Below, one piece after another: positions 35,659 to 37,200 of a stretch of DNA of 37,200 nt. Source of the stretch: a virus (taxonomy: Duplodnaviria > Heunggongvirae > Uroviricota > Caudoviricetes); IMG/VR virus record IMGVR_UViG_2526164668_000026, one strand, 5' to 3'. The notes under the pieces were generated by a model that did no database searches, was not told the DNA's origin, and saw only the letters and a list, made by a program, of their open reading frames with translations. Numbering within the stretch: position 1 is the first letter of the stretch; each line of letters starts with the position of its first letter. Position numbers and translations under genes: made by a program.

Positions 35659-36131
35659 ACCGATACACTCTATTACTAACCAATCATAGCCCACATCATA
35701 AAATCGAGATGAGGAGTACAACACCTTTAACAAGAAGGTGCCATCACGATAATATGCCGTGCAATTCATCAAAAAAAAGATCTATATCAAAGAGATAGAG
35801 TTATTATCAGTGCTGCAGACATCAGCATTCGAGGCAGCAGAAAGACAGTAAATCTAACGAATTTGTCTTTTTCTCAGGATGTTGTCAGATTAAAAAAGAT
35901 AGAGTAGCGCAGACACCTTTTGGTGGATGGTAGGAGGAAAAATGAAGTTGAGTGGGAAGATCCCAGAAAAAACTTTGGTTTAACCAAGGCCCTAGTTCAA
36001 TATGCGAAATGCAGATGAGTTGCAGGAGAGTTTTGCTTCACCCTTAGAGTTTAAACAGACGTGTACTATCATTATTTCTGCATATCGCCACACCATCGCC
36101 ACTTTACCGCCATTTAACAAAATACAAATAC

Positions 36132-36153
36132 AAAAAACCACCCGAAGGTGGTT
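36132..36153 (-). terminator. Rho-independent terminator of the glyW-cysT-leuZ tRNA operon
   Basis: On minus strand aaccacc-ttcg-ggtggtt followed by tttttt; about 45 bp downstream of leuZ. Confidence 0.6.
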
Positions 36154-36197
36154 TCACGACACTGCTTATTGCTTTGATTTTATTCTTATCTTTCCCA

Positions 36198-36284
36198 TGG
36201 TACCCGGAGCGGGACTTGAACCCGCACAGCGCGAACGCCGAGGGATTTTAAATCCCTTGTGTCTACCGATTCCACCATCCGGGC
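36198..36284 (-). tRNA. leuZ: tRNA-Leu (anticodon UAA)
   Basis: Reverse complement gives GCCCGGATGGTGGAATCGGTAGACACAAGGGATTTAAAATCCC...CCGGGTACCA, 87 nt with CCA end. Confidence 0.9.
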
Positions 36285-36296
36285 TCGGGAAGAAAG

Positions 36297-36370
36297 TGGA
36301 GGCGCGTTCCGGAGTCGAACCGGACTAGACGGATTTGCAATCCGCTACATAACCGCTTTGTTAACGCGCC
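36297..36370 (-). tRNA. cysT: tRNA-Cys (anticodon GCA)
   Basis: Reverse complement gives GGCGCGTTAACAAAGCGGTTATGTAGCGGATTGCAAATCCGTC...CGCGCCTCCA, 74 nt. Confidence 0.9.
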
Positions 36371-36424
36371 AAATTCTTCAGGCCTTTCAGCCAGACATCC
36401 GCTTGACGCCGATGTCTTTTAAAC

Positions 36425-36500
<76 letters not shown>

Positions 36501-36651
36501 ATTCATCAAGCAATCAGTTAATCACTTGATTTTATTATCGTCTGGCAATCAGTGCCGCCGTTCGATGCGTTGCATTCTACTTACCTGGCGCGATGAGTCA
36601 ACGATATTTTTCACCACTTTTGATCGTTTGCTGAAAATTACGCCGAAACGA

Positions 36652-37200
36652 TCACTGATCAAGCAAATCTGCACGCGCAGCGCTCAAATATTGCAACATT
36701 GACCACAGAGTCAGTACCGCAGCCACAAAGAAAAGTGCAATACCGGCGTACTCAACCCAAATGTTCGGACGCCACAGCAGCCAGGCCAACGCCACCATCT
36801 GGGCAGTGGTTTTCACTTTCCCAATCCAGGAGACAGCCACGCTACTGCGTTTACCCAACTCCGCCATCCATTCGCGTAGCGCAGAAATAATAATTTCACG
36901 GGCGATCATCGTTGCCGCCGGTAGGGTCACCCACCAGCTGTGATAATGCTCGGTTACCAGCACCATGGCGATAGCCACGAGAACTTTATCTGCTACAGGG
37001 TCAAGGAAAGCACCAAACCGGGTACTCTGGTTCCAGCGGCGTGCCAGAAAACCATCGAACCAGTCAGTCACCGCCGCGACGCAGAAAATGAGCGCGGCGG
37101 CAAACGGCGACCAGGTGACAGGCAGATAAAAGACCAATACAAAGAATGGGATAAGGATGACACGGAACAGTGTAAGCAACGTAGGGATATTAAATTGCAT
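36652..37200 (-). CDS. pgsA: CDP-diacylglycerol--glycerol-3-phosphate 3-phosphatidyltransferase
   Basis: 182-aa [31 protein letters not shown].. recognised as enterobacterial PgsA; upstream of glyW-cysT-leuZ as in E. coli; start codon at the window edge. Confidence 0.9.

Overview
The window is an almost complete P2-like (Peduovirus-type) temperate prophage of about 35 kb (1..~34,900), followed by a short junction region and the host pgsA-glyW-cysT-leuZ locus (36,130..37,200, minus strand, E. coli-like). All calls come from reading the sequence and ORF translations; no database search was run. The layout is: integrase and an XRE-type repressor with two extra genes between them (1..2455); a divergent promoter/operator; an early operon of small ORFs ending in the rolling-circle initiator A (2531..9037); an AT-rich cargo island carrying a single KAP-family P-loop NTPase gene (9040..11050); a cos-proximal region; then portal, terminase, scaffold, capsid, head completion, lysis and baseplate genes, tail fibre H and assembly protein G. 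Downstream of H/G is a ~3.06 kb invertible tail-fibre segment bounded by gix-like crossover sites, with a Pin/Gin/Cin-family invertase beside it. The sheath-tube-E/E'-tape measure-U block is inverted relative to D and ogr. A hok-family toxin gene lies between ogr and the tRNAs. The strongest candidate for an undescribed system is the KAP NTPase island, which sits where P2 carries tin/old. Secondary candidates are the two genes co-transcribed with the repressor and the hok-type locus at the prophage/host junction.
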